Part shown: in pieces, positions 27,087-34,708 of the stretch
Layout: each line of letters begins with the position of its first letter
How positions within the stretch are numbered: position 1 is the first letter of the stretch
Assembly: GCA_913061265.1 (NCBI GenBank)
Contig: CAJXVS010000005.1
Span: 217,006 to 281,005, forward strand
DNA from: an uncultured Halobacteriovorax sp.
GTDB taxonomy: Bacteria; Bdellovibrionota; Bacteriovoracia; Bacteriovoracales; Bacteriovoracaceae
Reading direction: 5' to 3'
DNA length: 64,000 nucleotides
Notes under the pieces: model-generated
What the model was told of the DNA's origin: nothing
Databases searched by the model: none
The model's input: the letters and a program-made list of their open reading frames with translations, nothing else
Translations under genes and position numbers: made by a program

Positions 27087-28364
27087 ATGGGTAAAAGTAA
27101 GCTCACCAAACCAGAGATTTTATGGCTCGGAGTCATATTTTGGGCCGTGGCCTTTACGGCCTGCGAGGCCCCCTTTAGTTTTACCTTTGAGACCAGGCTT
27201 CAGAACTGGCAAGTCGTCAGTGACGCCATCATCTCCCTACTTTTTATTGTCGATCTTATTTATCATATCCGCCAAAGGGCCAAAGAAAAAAATAAAGACA
27301 TGACACCAGGCGGCCGATGGACTTACCGCGCCCTTCTTTTTGTCGATATCTTGGCCTGTATTCCTTTTGATGTGATTGCTTATTTTGCAGGTGTTAGTCA
27401 TGGCGTTCATTTCTTAAAGTGGCTTAGGCTCTTTAGACTTGTGAGGATTGTTAAGCTCTTTCACTTTGTAAACTCTCTTAAAATAGTTCCAAAGTTTATC
27501 AAGATGCAAATGTTTTTGTTCTCAGCGATCATTGCTGTTCACGGCATTGCTTGTTTATGGATCTGGGTTCAACCACCAGAGCCGGGTCTTGATATCACAA
27601 CGGCCTATATAAATGGTGTCTATTGGGTCGTTACGACTCTAACCACAATTGGCTATGGAGACATCACCCCTATTACTAATGGTGCAAAACTCTTTACGAT
27701 GGTGATCATGATCACAGGCGTGATTCTTTATGGTGTAGTTATTGGTAACGTGACAAAAATGATTACTGAGGCTGCCCGTTATAAAGAACAGGCCAATGAA
27801 AAGTTCAACGATCTTCAACTCTTTATGAAGCATTATAATATTCCTGCTAGGCTCCAAACGACTGCCTTTGATTATTACAATCATCTTTTTACTAAAAGAC
27901 TGAGTAATAACGATCAAATTATAATTGGAGAGTTACCACAAGCACTTCAAGCAGAATTAAAAACATATATGAATATGAAATTGATTAAATCAGTTCCTAT
28001 TTTTAAGAACTGCTCTCTTCCTTGTTTAAAAGAAGTAGCATCTTCACTAGAGCAAATGAACTACTCTCCAGGGCAAAATATTATCAATATTGGCGAAAGC
28101 GGTGAAGAAATGTTTATAATCTCTCATGGTGTTTGTGAGGTCTTAATCTCTGACGGGAATATTGTAGCCACTCTGCATGATGGACAATGCTTCGGTGAGA
28201 ATGCTTTGATTGAGAAAACCACAAGAAACGCAAACGTCAGGGCGCAAAGCTATTGTGACCTTTTTAAGTTACAAAAAGATGATTTCCTTCGTATCATTGA
28301 ATCATATCCTGAACTTTTAACGGGAATTGAAGAAATAACTCGAAGACGAAAAACAGACAGGTAG
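27087..28364 (+). CDS. cyclic-nucleotide-binding, voltage-sensor-type K+ channel
   Basis: S4-like LRLFRLVRIVKLF. Selectivity filter TTIGYGD. C-terminal cNMP-binding domain (FGENALI...RNANVRA). Confidence 0.85.
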   Translation: MGKSKLTKPEILWLGVIFWAVAFTACEAPFSFTFETRLQNWQVVSDAIISLLFIVDLIYHIRQRAKEKNKDMTPGGRWTYRALLFVDILACIPFDVIAYFAGVSHGVHFLKWLRLFRLVRIVKLFHFVNSLKIVPKFIKMQMFLFSAIIAVHGIACLWIWVQPPEPGLDITTAYINGVYWVVTTLTTIGYGDITPITNGAKLFTMVIMITGVILYGVVIGNVTKMITEAARYKEQANEKFNDLQLFMKHYNIPARLQTTAFDYYNHLFTKRLSNNDQIIIGELPQALQAELKTYMNMKLIKSVPIFKNCSLPCLKEVASSLEQMNYSPGQNIINIGESGEEMFIISHGVCEVLISDGNIVATLHDGQCFGENALIEKTTRNANVRAQSYCDLFKLQKDDFLRIIESYPELLTGIEEITRRRKTDR

Positions 28365-28368
28365 GAAA

Positions 28369-28743
28369 ATGAAAGAGTATCTTTTTATAGTGTTGGTTAT
28401 TTATTCTGCTCTTTTTCATCTAGTGGCGTTTGGGCTTGAAACCGTTCTTTTTATGAAAGGCGCGCATAAGCGCTTTAAAGTCTCTAAAGAAGACGCCCCT
28501 GCCGTCTATCCTTTTGCTCTTAATCAAGGCTTTTATAACCTCTTCTTGGCCTTCGCAATGGTGGTTGGACTTGTCTTTAAACTCCGTGGAGATCCGTTAG
28601 GAAATGGAATGCTCTTATCGAGCGCTTTTGTCATGGTAGGTGCGGGAATTGTCTTAGCGGTATCTAATAAAGAGTTAGCGAAAGTGGGCGTCCTACAGGG
28701 ACTCCCACCAGCTGTGATTATCTACTTACTTTTATCTTACTGA
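28369..28743 (+). CDS. DUF1304-like small membrane protein
   Basis: 124 aa with four hydrophobic helices. LNQGFYNLFLA motif resembles DUF1304. Confidence 0.5.
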   Translation: MKEYLFIVLVIYSALFHLVAFGLETVLFMKGAHKRFKVSKEDAPAVYPFALNQGFYNLFLAFAMVVGLVFKLRGDPLGNGMLLSSAFVMVGAGIVLAVSNKELAKVGVLQGLPPAVIIYLLLSY

Positions 28744-29225
28744 TAAAGGCATTCTTTTCTTTTTAATTTCTTGTTAAGAAATTCATAACGAACTTGTCCG
28801 TTAAAGACGTTTCTTGAAAAATAAGCTTGAGTCCGTAATTCGTAATCCCCTGGCTCACCTTTATAAGTACGCTCTTCCATTCTTGTCGTATTGATTCTTG
28901 TCGTTGTCATATACTCTTCGTCTTCCGAGGTATTAACCTTGTTAACAACATCAAAGACAAAACTATTTTCAATATAGGCCCTAACTGCTGGAGAATGATC
29001 TACTGTAAAGATCCCAAGGCTTGAGTCAACAAATTGAAGGTCTAAGAACTTATCAGTTTTCCAATAACGAACAGAGAGCTCTCTTGCACAAGGCTCATCA
29101 AAGTCATTAGCAAGTTCTTTAACTAGCTTATAACGTCCTTCAAATGTCTTGGCGATTTCGATCCTTTCATTAGCGCTTGCTGAGAATGCACTAACTAAGA
29201 TTAATAAAATAATTACTTTTTGCAT
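28737..29225 (-). CDS. secreted hypothetical protein
   Basis: Signal peptide MQKVIILLILVSAFSASA. Confidence 0.5.
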   Translation of the reverse strand: MQKVIILLILVSAFSASANERIEIAKTFEGRYKLVKELANDFDEPCARELSVRYWKTDKFLDLQFVDSSLGIFTVDHSPAVRAYIENSFVFDVVNKVNTSEDEEYMTTTRINTTRMEERTYKGEPGDYELRTQAYFSRNVFNGQVRYEFLNKKLKRKECLYQ

Positions 29226-29290
29226 GATTAGCTCCTTAAATTGTATCTACTTAAGATGTAGCCTTTAAGGAGCCCATGGGCAATTTGTAT

Positions 29291-29318
29291 GAAAAATTTT
29301 CAAGGGTCTAAGACCCCG
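29291..29318 (-). terminator. probable terminator of kamA
   Basis: The minus strand reads GGGGTC-TTA-GACCC followed by TTGAAAATTTTT, immediately after the stop codon. Confidence 0.45.
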
Positions 29319-29322
29319 AAAA

Positions 29323-30696
29323 TTAACCGTTTAGCTTAGCTTTAACCCCTGATTTCTCAACAGCAGCGTCAATCATGACCTGATGCTGTTCTTTATCTCT
29401 CCATCTCTCCTGTGCTTCTGCTGAAAGCTTATGGATTGGGTCAAAATAAAGAAAATACTCATTAGGCTTCACATAAGGAGCACGCCAGACTGAGATTCCG
29501 TTTTCTTCATCATAGTATTCATAAGAAGCAACGTGGCGTTTACCACCACCGCCAGGAAGATCACAAACAAAGGTAGGAGTATTAAACCCTGCCGTTGTTC
29601 CTCTCACTGCTTTTTCAAGTTCGACTGCCTCTCTAAGAGTTGTTCTAAAATGCTCACAACCTGGAACCATATCATGTTGATAAACATAGTATGGTTGCAC
29701 GTTTAGATAAGAGAGGGCCCTAGTTAAAAGAACCATGTCTTCAACCTTATCATTAACACCAGCCTGTAGAACCGCTTGGTTTCTGACTATGATTCCCATT
29801 TGAAAGAGTCTATCCATGGCCATCTGAGACCATTTAGTAATCTCTCTTGGGCAAGAAAAGTGAGTATGAACAACCACTTGCTTTCCATAAGAAATGGCCA
29901 ATCTATGCACTTTCTTTAAGGCCCCAAGCCAAGCATCATCAGTTAAAACTTTCTGAGGGAAGATAGCGATTCCTTTTGTAGCAAACCTAACTCTTCTAAT
30001 ATGAGGTATCTTAAGGAGGCTCTCTCCAATGAATTCAATCTGGGCAGGAGTCAGCATATAAGCGTCTCCCCCAGAGATAACCACATCTTCAATCAATGGC
30101 ATCTTCATAAGATAATCAAAAGCTGCTTCCCAGTTCTTTTGGTTAGCGCCATAAGTTTCTTTTTCAACAGACTCAGTAGAGCCACCAATAAGACGGCTTC
30201 GCGTACAGTATGAACAGTAAACCGGACAGATTGAAGTAGGAAGAAAGAGAACTTTATCAGGGTAGCGGTGAATGATCATCGGAACCGGAGAGTCATCATC
30301 TTCACCTAAGCTATCTTCAAGATAAAAAGGATGATCTTCTAAAAACTGAGAACCTAGTGGAAGAAATTGTTTTCTAAGCGGATCGTCAGCAGCATTATCC
30401 CAATCAATAAGAGCGAAGATATAAGGAGTGATCCTAATATTCATGGGCGTGATCTTTTGACCTTCAACCATGTCTTGATAAACTTCTTCAGTTAAAAGCT
30501 TTCCAAGAATCTTCTTAGCTTGATCAATCTTTCTAATTGAATTCTTAGTTTGCCATCTATGATCTGCAAATTCGTCCCGAGTGACGGCGGACCAGCCTGG
30601 AATATCTCTCCAGAACTCATCGTTTCTAAAGTTACGATGCTGAAGCTCAGGCAACTTAGCCTGCACTCTTGCTTCTTGTGTTTTTTCAACGCCCAT
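29323..30696 (-). CDS. kamA: lysine 2,3-aminomutase family radical SAM enzyme
   Basis: CPVYCSYCTRSR (CxxxCxxC), ITPYIF and CDLPGGGGKRHV motifs. 457 aa, the size of a bona fide KamA rather than EpmB. Confidence 0.8.
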   Translation of the reverse strand: MGVEKTQEARVQAKLPELQHRNFRNDEFWRDIPGWSAVTRDEFADHRWQTKNSIRKIDQAKKILGKLLTEEVYQDMVEGQKITPMNIRITPYIFALIDWDNAADDPLRKQFLPLGSQFLEDHPFYLEDSLGEDDDSPVPMIIHRYPDKVLFLPTSICPVYCSYCTRSRLIGGSTESVEKETYGANQKNWEAAFDYLMKMPLIEDVVISGGDAYMLTPAQIEFIGESLLKIPHIRRVRFATKGIAIFPQKVLTDDAWLGALKKVHRLAISYGKQVVVHTHFSCPREITKWSQMAMDRLFQMGIIVRNQAVLQAGVNDKVEDMVLLTRALSYLNVQPYYVYQHDMVPGCEHFRTTLREAVELEKAVRGTTAGFNTPTFVCDLPGGGGKRHVASYEYYDEENGISVWRAPYVKPNEYFLYFDPIHKLSAEAQERWRDKEQHQVMIDAAVEKSGVKAKLNG

Positions 30697-30788
30697 ATCA
30701 ACCTCTTTCAGAATTATAATTTTTCCTACTATTATAACCCTATTTTGAAAAAGGCAACACCCCAGAGAGGGTAAGGTACTAAATTTAC

Positions 30789-31175
30789 TTAGCTTTTACG
30801 GACTATGGGAGAGGCCTGTCTTGGATTATCTAAAGCGTCGCCGCTCAAGCCTAAAACCCATTTAAACCCAATCTGGCAAATCCAAAGGATGGCCAATACT
30901 TGAATAAAAAGGGTGATTTTTATAGAAATAGGCAAAGATTTTAAACGCCACCCAAGCATTTTAAAATTATAAGTCAGGGTTCTTCCCTTCTCCCACTTGA
31001 ATAATTCAGTCACCGGGCTCTTAAAAGAGAGCTGAATCTGACCTTGGCAGCGGCTACAAGTCACCATCAATGTCTTCCCAGGCCTAATCGGAACCCTAAG
31101 CGACTTAGAGCAACTCGGACAAGTGAAGACCTTTTTCGTAACTTTATTTTTGAACTTTTGAGTGAGGCTGACCAT
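30789..31175 (-). CDS. zinc-ribbon protein with C-terminal TM helix
   Basis: CPSC...CSRC four-Cys ribbon followed by a hydrophobic segment. Confidence 0.5.
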   Translation of the reverse strand: MVSLTQKFKNKVTKKVFTCPSCSKSLRVPIRPGKTLMVTCSRCQGQIQLSFKSPVTELFKWEKGRTLTYNFKMLGWRLKSLPISIKITLFIQVLAILWICQIGFKWVLGLSGDALDNPRQASPIVRKS

Positions 31176-31361
31176 GTGGGCAGTCTCCTAAAGAGAGGCT
31201 TAAGTGTCAAGGCTTCACAAGCGCCTTAAGCACTATAAAGAATTGATCTGTTCAACAATTGAGTCTACTTACCTATCTTTCTCTTTCTTTCTTAGACTTA
31301 ACTCTAAATTAATATTCTGTTCTTTGGATAACCAACAAGAAGGTAAATCAGTATCTAGCCA

Positions 31362-31730
31362 TTGACACAAATGTACCGAATATGGTACACCATTATAGGA
31401 GTCTCAATTATTAACGAAGTGGAATGGAACAAAGAGACACTAAAGGAAATCGCGAGTTTCCCAGATGAAGTTAAACGAGACATCGGATACTTAATCTTTA
31501 AGTTACAAATTGGAGAAAGATTAGAAATGCCATCCTCTCGGCCTATGCCATCTTTAGGAAAAGGCTGTTATGAGCTACGGTCAAAAGGAATTGATGGCAT
31601 TTATAGAATTTTCTACTTTGTTAAAATAAAGGGAAAGGTTCTTATTTTCCATGCGTTTAATAAGAAGACTCAAAAGACACCCAAGAAAGAAATTGATCTC
31701 GGGAAAAAGAACTTAAAGGCAATGCTATGA
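31362..31730 (+). CDS. RelE/ParE-superfamily toxin, Gp49/HigB-like (PF05973-type)
   Basis: C-terminal YELRSKGIDGIYRIFYF...LIFHAFNKKTQKTPKKEIDLGKKNL is the family signature. The true start is probably internal (about 31407-31419), because the first 15-19 codons overlap the operator-like palindrome. Confidence 0.75.
   Translation: MTQMYRIWYTIIGVSIINEVEWNKETLKEIASFPDEVKRDIGYLIFKLQIGERLEMPSSRPMPSLGKGCYELRSKGIDGIYRIFYFVKIKGKVLIFHAFNKKTQKTPKKEIDLGKKNLKAML
31372..31389. promoter_or_regulatory. inverted repeat (candidate operator) at the 5' end of the toxin-antitoxin operon
   Basis: TGTACC-GAATAT-GGTACA: perfect 6-bp arms with a 6-bp spacer. Confidence 0.4.
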
Positions 31731-32026
31731 AAAAAAGCAAAACGATAATCACAAAAAACGCATCCGAACTGGCTCAGGCCCTAGGTCTTTCTTCTTCAGA
31801 CGCCGTAGAATGGGAAGTTCGTCATAGCGTGACTAAAAAAATTATCGCCATCGTCGAAAAAAGATCATTAACAGTCACTCAATTGGCAAAAGAATCAGGA
31901 ACTTCAAGGGGCAGAGTAACTAAGATACTCAAAGGTGAAACAATGGGAATCTCGCTTGATGTCTTATTTAGAGTACTCGGGGCAACAGGCCAAAAAGTTA
32001 AACTAAGCTACAAAAAGGCTGCTTGA
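31727..32026 (+). CDS. HTH (XRE/HTH_37-like) antitoxin
   Basis: ATGA overlap with the toxin gene. SLTVTQLAKESGTSRGRVTKILKG helix-turn-helix and ISLDVLFRVLGATGQKVKL tail typical of Gp49 partners. Confidence 0.8.
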   Translation: MKKSKTIITKNASELAQALGLSSSDAVEWEVRHSVTKKIIAIVEKRSLTVTQLAKESGTSRGRVTKILKGETMGISLDVLFRVLGATGQKVKLSYKKAA

Positions 32027-32107
32027 TCTATTCTTGGTACAAGTATCAAAGACCAAAGGTGCATGACTCCCTGTACTTTTATTTGCACAAGTCTGCTGGC
32101 ACCTTAT

Positions 32108-32174
32108 CCTAGAATAGATTTGTAAATACTTGAAACTGTAAAAAGGACCCGCGTACCTCATTGCGTACCTCATT
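32108..32174 (+). repeat. intergenic repeat copy 1, ending in a perfect 12-bp tandem duplication
   Basis: 32110-32157 matches 33413-33460 at 47/48 positions. GCGTACCTCATT occurs twice in tandem at 32151-32174. Confidence 0.85.
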
Positions 32175-32214
32175 GGCGCCAGGAATTAGAATCTGCCATG
32201 GCACCTTTGGCTTT

Positions 32215-33156
32215 TCAATTAGGATATTTTCTAGTCTCAATGTCATATCCGAAGAGGACAAGTCTCCACCTACCTCCTCTATGACTAAAAGAAAAACGGC
32301 CGGAGAAGTTTTCACCTGAGGGATCTAAATATTTTTGAGGAAAATGTTTAGATTTAAATTCAAAACTAAGGTATTTTGATCGGACGTTTCCTTTTCGTAT
32401 CCAAAGGTTTTTATATTCGCAGACCTTAGATATATCCTCTCTGTGAAATTTGTGAAGGCTCTCTCCCTTTTTTAGAATTTTCCTCTCAATCAGTACATGC
32501 TTCACTTTTTCGCTAGACAAAAACTCAAGTATTTCATCGCTACTACCATTTTTTAAAATTTTACATACTTTTTTTCGATAGCTTTCAAACTTAGAATACT
32601 CTTTTGCCATTTTCCTAACCTTTATCTCGGTAGGTTTTTCGATCTGGCTATCGTTTGGAAAATCTTTTTTCTTTAAATAGATCTTAACTTTCCCTTCAAT
32701 TTCAATATAATTATCAGTAATGTTTTTAGCGATAAAAAAAGATAAGGAATCCTCCCCCAAGCCTGACCTGTATAAGCCAATCTGCTCACAAAATGTACCG
32801 CCACTCATCTTAAAGTTTTTCCCCTGAACCTTAATCCATCCATCGTCATCTAGTGGGATATAGTTATCTACTAACGCTCCTCCAAAGCCTTTCTTGCAAA
32901 CCTTCTCTCCATTTAAATAGAATCCATCTTCCTTCAAAAAGCCTATTTCATTTTTAAAACTTGGAGACTGATAGAAGCCTATAGCTTCAATTCTTTTAAT
33001 TAGTTCTTTTACGCTGCCACCGTCCTTAGATAAGTTGACCAAATATTTATCAGGTGGAGTGTAGGCTGTCCTATAGTCTGGATCAAGAACATAGCTAGAC
33101 AAAGATTCTGAAAATCCTAAAGATGGCATTAATAATAACAATATTAAAATCTTCAT
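32215..33156 (-). CDS. secreted hypothetical protein (313 aa), AT-rich gene
   Basis: Signal peptide MKILILLLLMPSLGFS. AAGGAG SD. Hand counts on single lines gave 23-35% GC. Confidence 0.55.
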   Translation of the reverse strand: MKILILLLLMPSLGFSESLSSYVLDPDYRTAYTPPDKYLVNLSKDGGSVKELIKRIEAIGFYQSPSFKNEIGFLKEDGFYLNGEKVCKKGFGGALVDNYIPLDDDGWIKVQGKNFKMSGGTFCEQIGLYRSGLGEDSLSFFIAKNITDNYIEIEGKVKIYLKKKDFPNDSQIEKPTEIKVRKMAKEYSKFESYRKKVCKILKNGSSDEILEFLSSEKVKHVLIERKILKKGESLHKFHREDISKVCEYKNLWIRKGNVRSKYLSFEFKSKHFPQKYLDPSGENFSGRFSFSHRGGRWRLVLFGYDIETRKYPN

Positions 33157-33209
33157 AATACTCCTTTTACAATCTTAATTAAGAACAAATATCTTGATCT
33201 TAGCACATA

Positions 33210-33237
33210 GGTACGCGGGTCCTTTTTGCAATTTCTA
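33210..33237 (-). repeat. intergenic repeat copy 2 (inverted orientation)
   Basis: Matches the reverse complement of 33433-33460 at 24/28 positions, and the reverse complement of the 21-nt core of copy 1 at 20/21. Confidence 0.8.
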
Positions 33238-33410
33238 TGACTTACATAATTATATCACTAAATACTTTTGCAAAAAATGATTTTTTTATTTCAATCATAA
33301 ATGAGTAAGGTTCTGTTTCAGAAATATCTCCTAACTGCTCTTAGAAATCTGCTTTTGATAAGTCTAATCCCCTTAAAGAAGAGAGCGTAAGAGAATACCT
33401 AGTAAAATCA

Positions 33411-33468
33411 CTTAGAATAGATTTGTAAATACTTGAAACTGTAAAAAAGACCCGCGTACCACATTGTG
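33411..33468 (+). repeat. intergenic repeat copy 3 (direct orientation)
   Basis: See copy 1. It abuts the truncated antitoxin copy. Confidence 0.85.
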
Positions 33469-33717
33469 GCCATCGGTTTATCTTCTTCAGACGCCGTCGA
33501 GTGGGAAGTCCGTCATAGCGTGACTAAAAAAATAATGAACATCGTAGAAAAAAGATCATTAACAGTTACCCTATTGGCAAAAGAATCAGGAACCTCAAGG
33601 GGCAGAGTAACAAAAATACTCAAAGGTGAAACAATGGGAATCTCGCTTGATGTCTTATTTAGAGTGCTTGGGGCAACAGGCCAAAAAGTTAAACTAAGCT
33701 ACAAAAAGGCTGCCTAA
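33466..33717 (+). CDS. orphan 5'-truncated paralogue of the HTH antitoxin
   Basis: 33475-33714 aligns without gaps to 31784-32023 with 19 mismatches, mostly synonymous. The HTH is intact. New GTG-Ala-Ile N-terminus. No adjacent toxin gene. Confidence 0.55.
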   Translation: MAIGLSSSDAVEWEVRHSVTKKIMNIVEKRSLTVTLLAKESGTSRGRVTKILKGETMGISLDVLFRVLGATGQKVKLSYKKAA

Positions 33718-33739
33718 CTACAGGTACACGCTTCCTCAT

Positions 33740-34681
33740 CTACCTTTCACGACCCTCTCTTGTCTCCCTAAGATATACCCCACTGAAGTCACCTTTCGGA
33801 TATTCACTAACATCTATTATTCTCCACTTTCCTGACTCCTTACTTAACTCGATTGAGGGCCTCTCCATATTCCCAGAAATAAGAAAGACTCGACCATACA
33901 GCCCAAAGATTAGGGTTGATTGTATTTCGTTGGTTGAATTGATAAACAAATTTGAAACTGCATTCGTAAAGTTAAAAAGAGAGTTTTTACCTAGATCCTT
34001 TAACTCTCTTTTAGCATACCCATCTAACTGAAACCCCTTAAACAAGGATGAAAAATACTGTTTTAACTTAGATCCAGTTAGAGTATTACATTTCTCCGCA
34101 ACACTCTTCAAAAATACTTTTAAAGAAGGATCAGTATTGAGTAAGCGCATGGCTCTTTTTTGAAAAACATCTTTACCGAGAATCAATAGATATTTATCTG
34201 ATTTTTTAAATAATGCTTCCAGTGGATAATTCATAAACTTAAAAAGAACTTCTAGATTAACTCCCGTTCCAACGACATCGAAAGGAATAAGTTTCACCGA
34301 CCTAGTTACAATATTATTCAATCGTCCTTCTTTCCGTCTAAGATTATATTCACTTACTGAAATTTCTTCTCCGAACGAGAGAGGACTTATATTTTTGTTG
34401 CAAAAATTAGTGGCGTGGGAGTATTCCGTTCCTTTGCGTCTCCAGTCATAACTTGGATAACAATGCACTTTTCCAAACGAGAAGTAATCATTCTTTAAAA
34501 CAAGATAGGTGTTATTAGACGATTTAAATAAAGGCAAAGGCGATTTATTTGATAAGTCAACATTATCATAATAAATTGCAGAGATGTCGCTTATTTTATC
34601 GACTGGACTACAGAATCCTGATTTTACCGTAAAAAGGAATGCAGTTACTAATAGTATAATAATCCTATAACCTCTAAACAT
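33740..34681 (-). CDS. secreted hypothetical protein (313 aa), AT-rich gene
   Basis: N-terminal hydrophobic leader MFRGYRIIILLVTAFLFTV. One hand-counted line gave about 22% GC. Confidence 0.55.
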   Translation of the reverse strand: MFRGYRIIILLVTAFLFTVKSGFCSPVDKISDISAIYYDNVDLSNKSPLPLFKSSNNTYLVLKNDYFSFGKVHCYPSYDWRRKGTEYSHATNFCNKNISPLSFGEEISVSEYNLRRKEGRLNNIVTRSVKLIPFDVVGTGVNLEVLFKFMNYPLEALFKKSDKYLLILGKDVFQKRAMRLLNTDPSLKVFLKSVAEKCNTLTGSKLKQYFSSLFKGFQLDGYAKRELKDLGKNSLFNFTNAVSNLFINSTNEIQSTLIFGLYGRVFLISGNMERPSIELSKESGKWRIIDVSEYPKGDFSGVYLRETREGRER

Positions 34682-34708
34682 TTTTATTCCTATAGACTCA
34701 AAGGTTAT

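Noticed and set aside
27052-27303. 83-aa ORF overlapping the 5' end of the K+ channel gene.
   Set aside because: It is in a different frame from the channel ORF, which has a good SD at 27087 and clear family motifs. The 83-aa product is Pro/Arg-rich and low in complexity.
31362-31399. TTGACA at 31362-31367 as the -35 box of the toxin-antitoxin promoter.
   Set aside because: No acceptable -10 hexamer lies at 16-18 nt spacing (GTACAC). TATGGT is only 13 nt away. Only the palindrome is reported.
32109-32315. 68-aa minus-strand ORF spanning repeat copy 1 and the 3' end of the 313-aa gene.
   Set aside because: It overlaps the longer ORF and runs through the repeat element. No SD is present. It is probably an artefact of the AT-rich sequence.
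32108-33468. Integron-like gene cassette array with attC sites.
   Set aside because: The repeats lack the RYYYAAC / GTTRRRY core sites and the internal imperfect hairpin organisation of attC. The nearby recombinase does not show an obvious IntI-specific insertion near the C-terminal catalytic region. No attI/Pc arrangement was seen.
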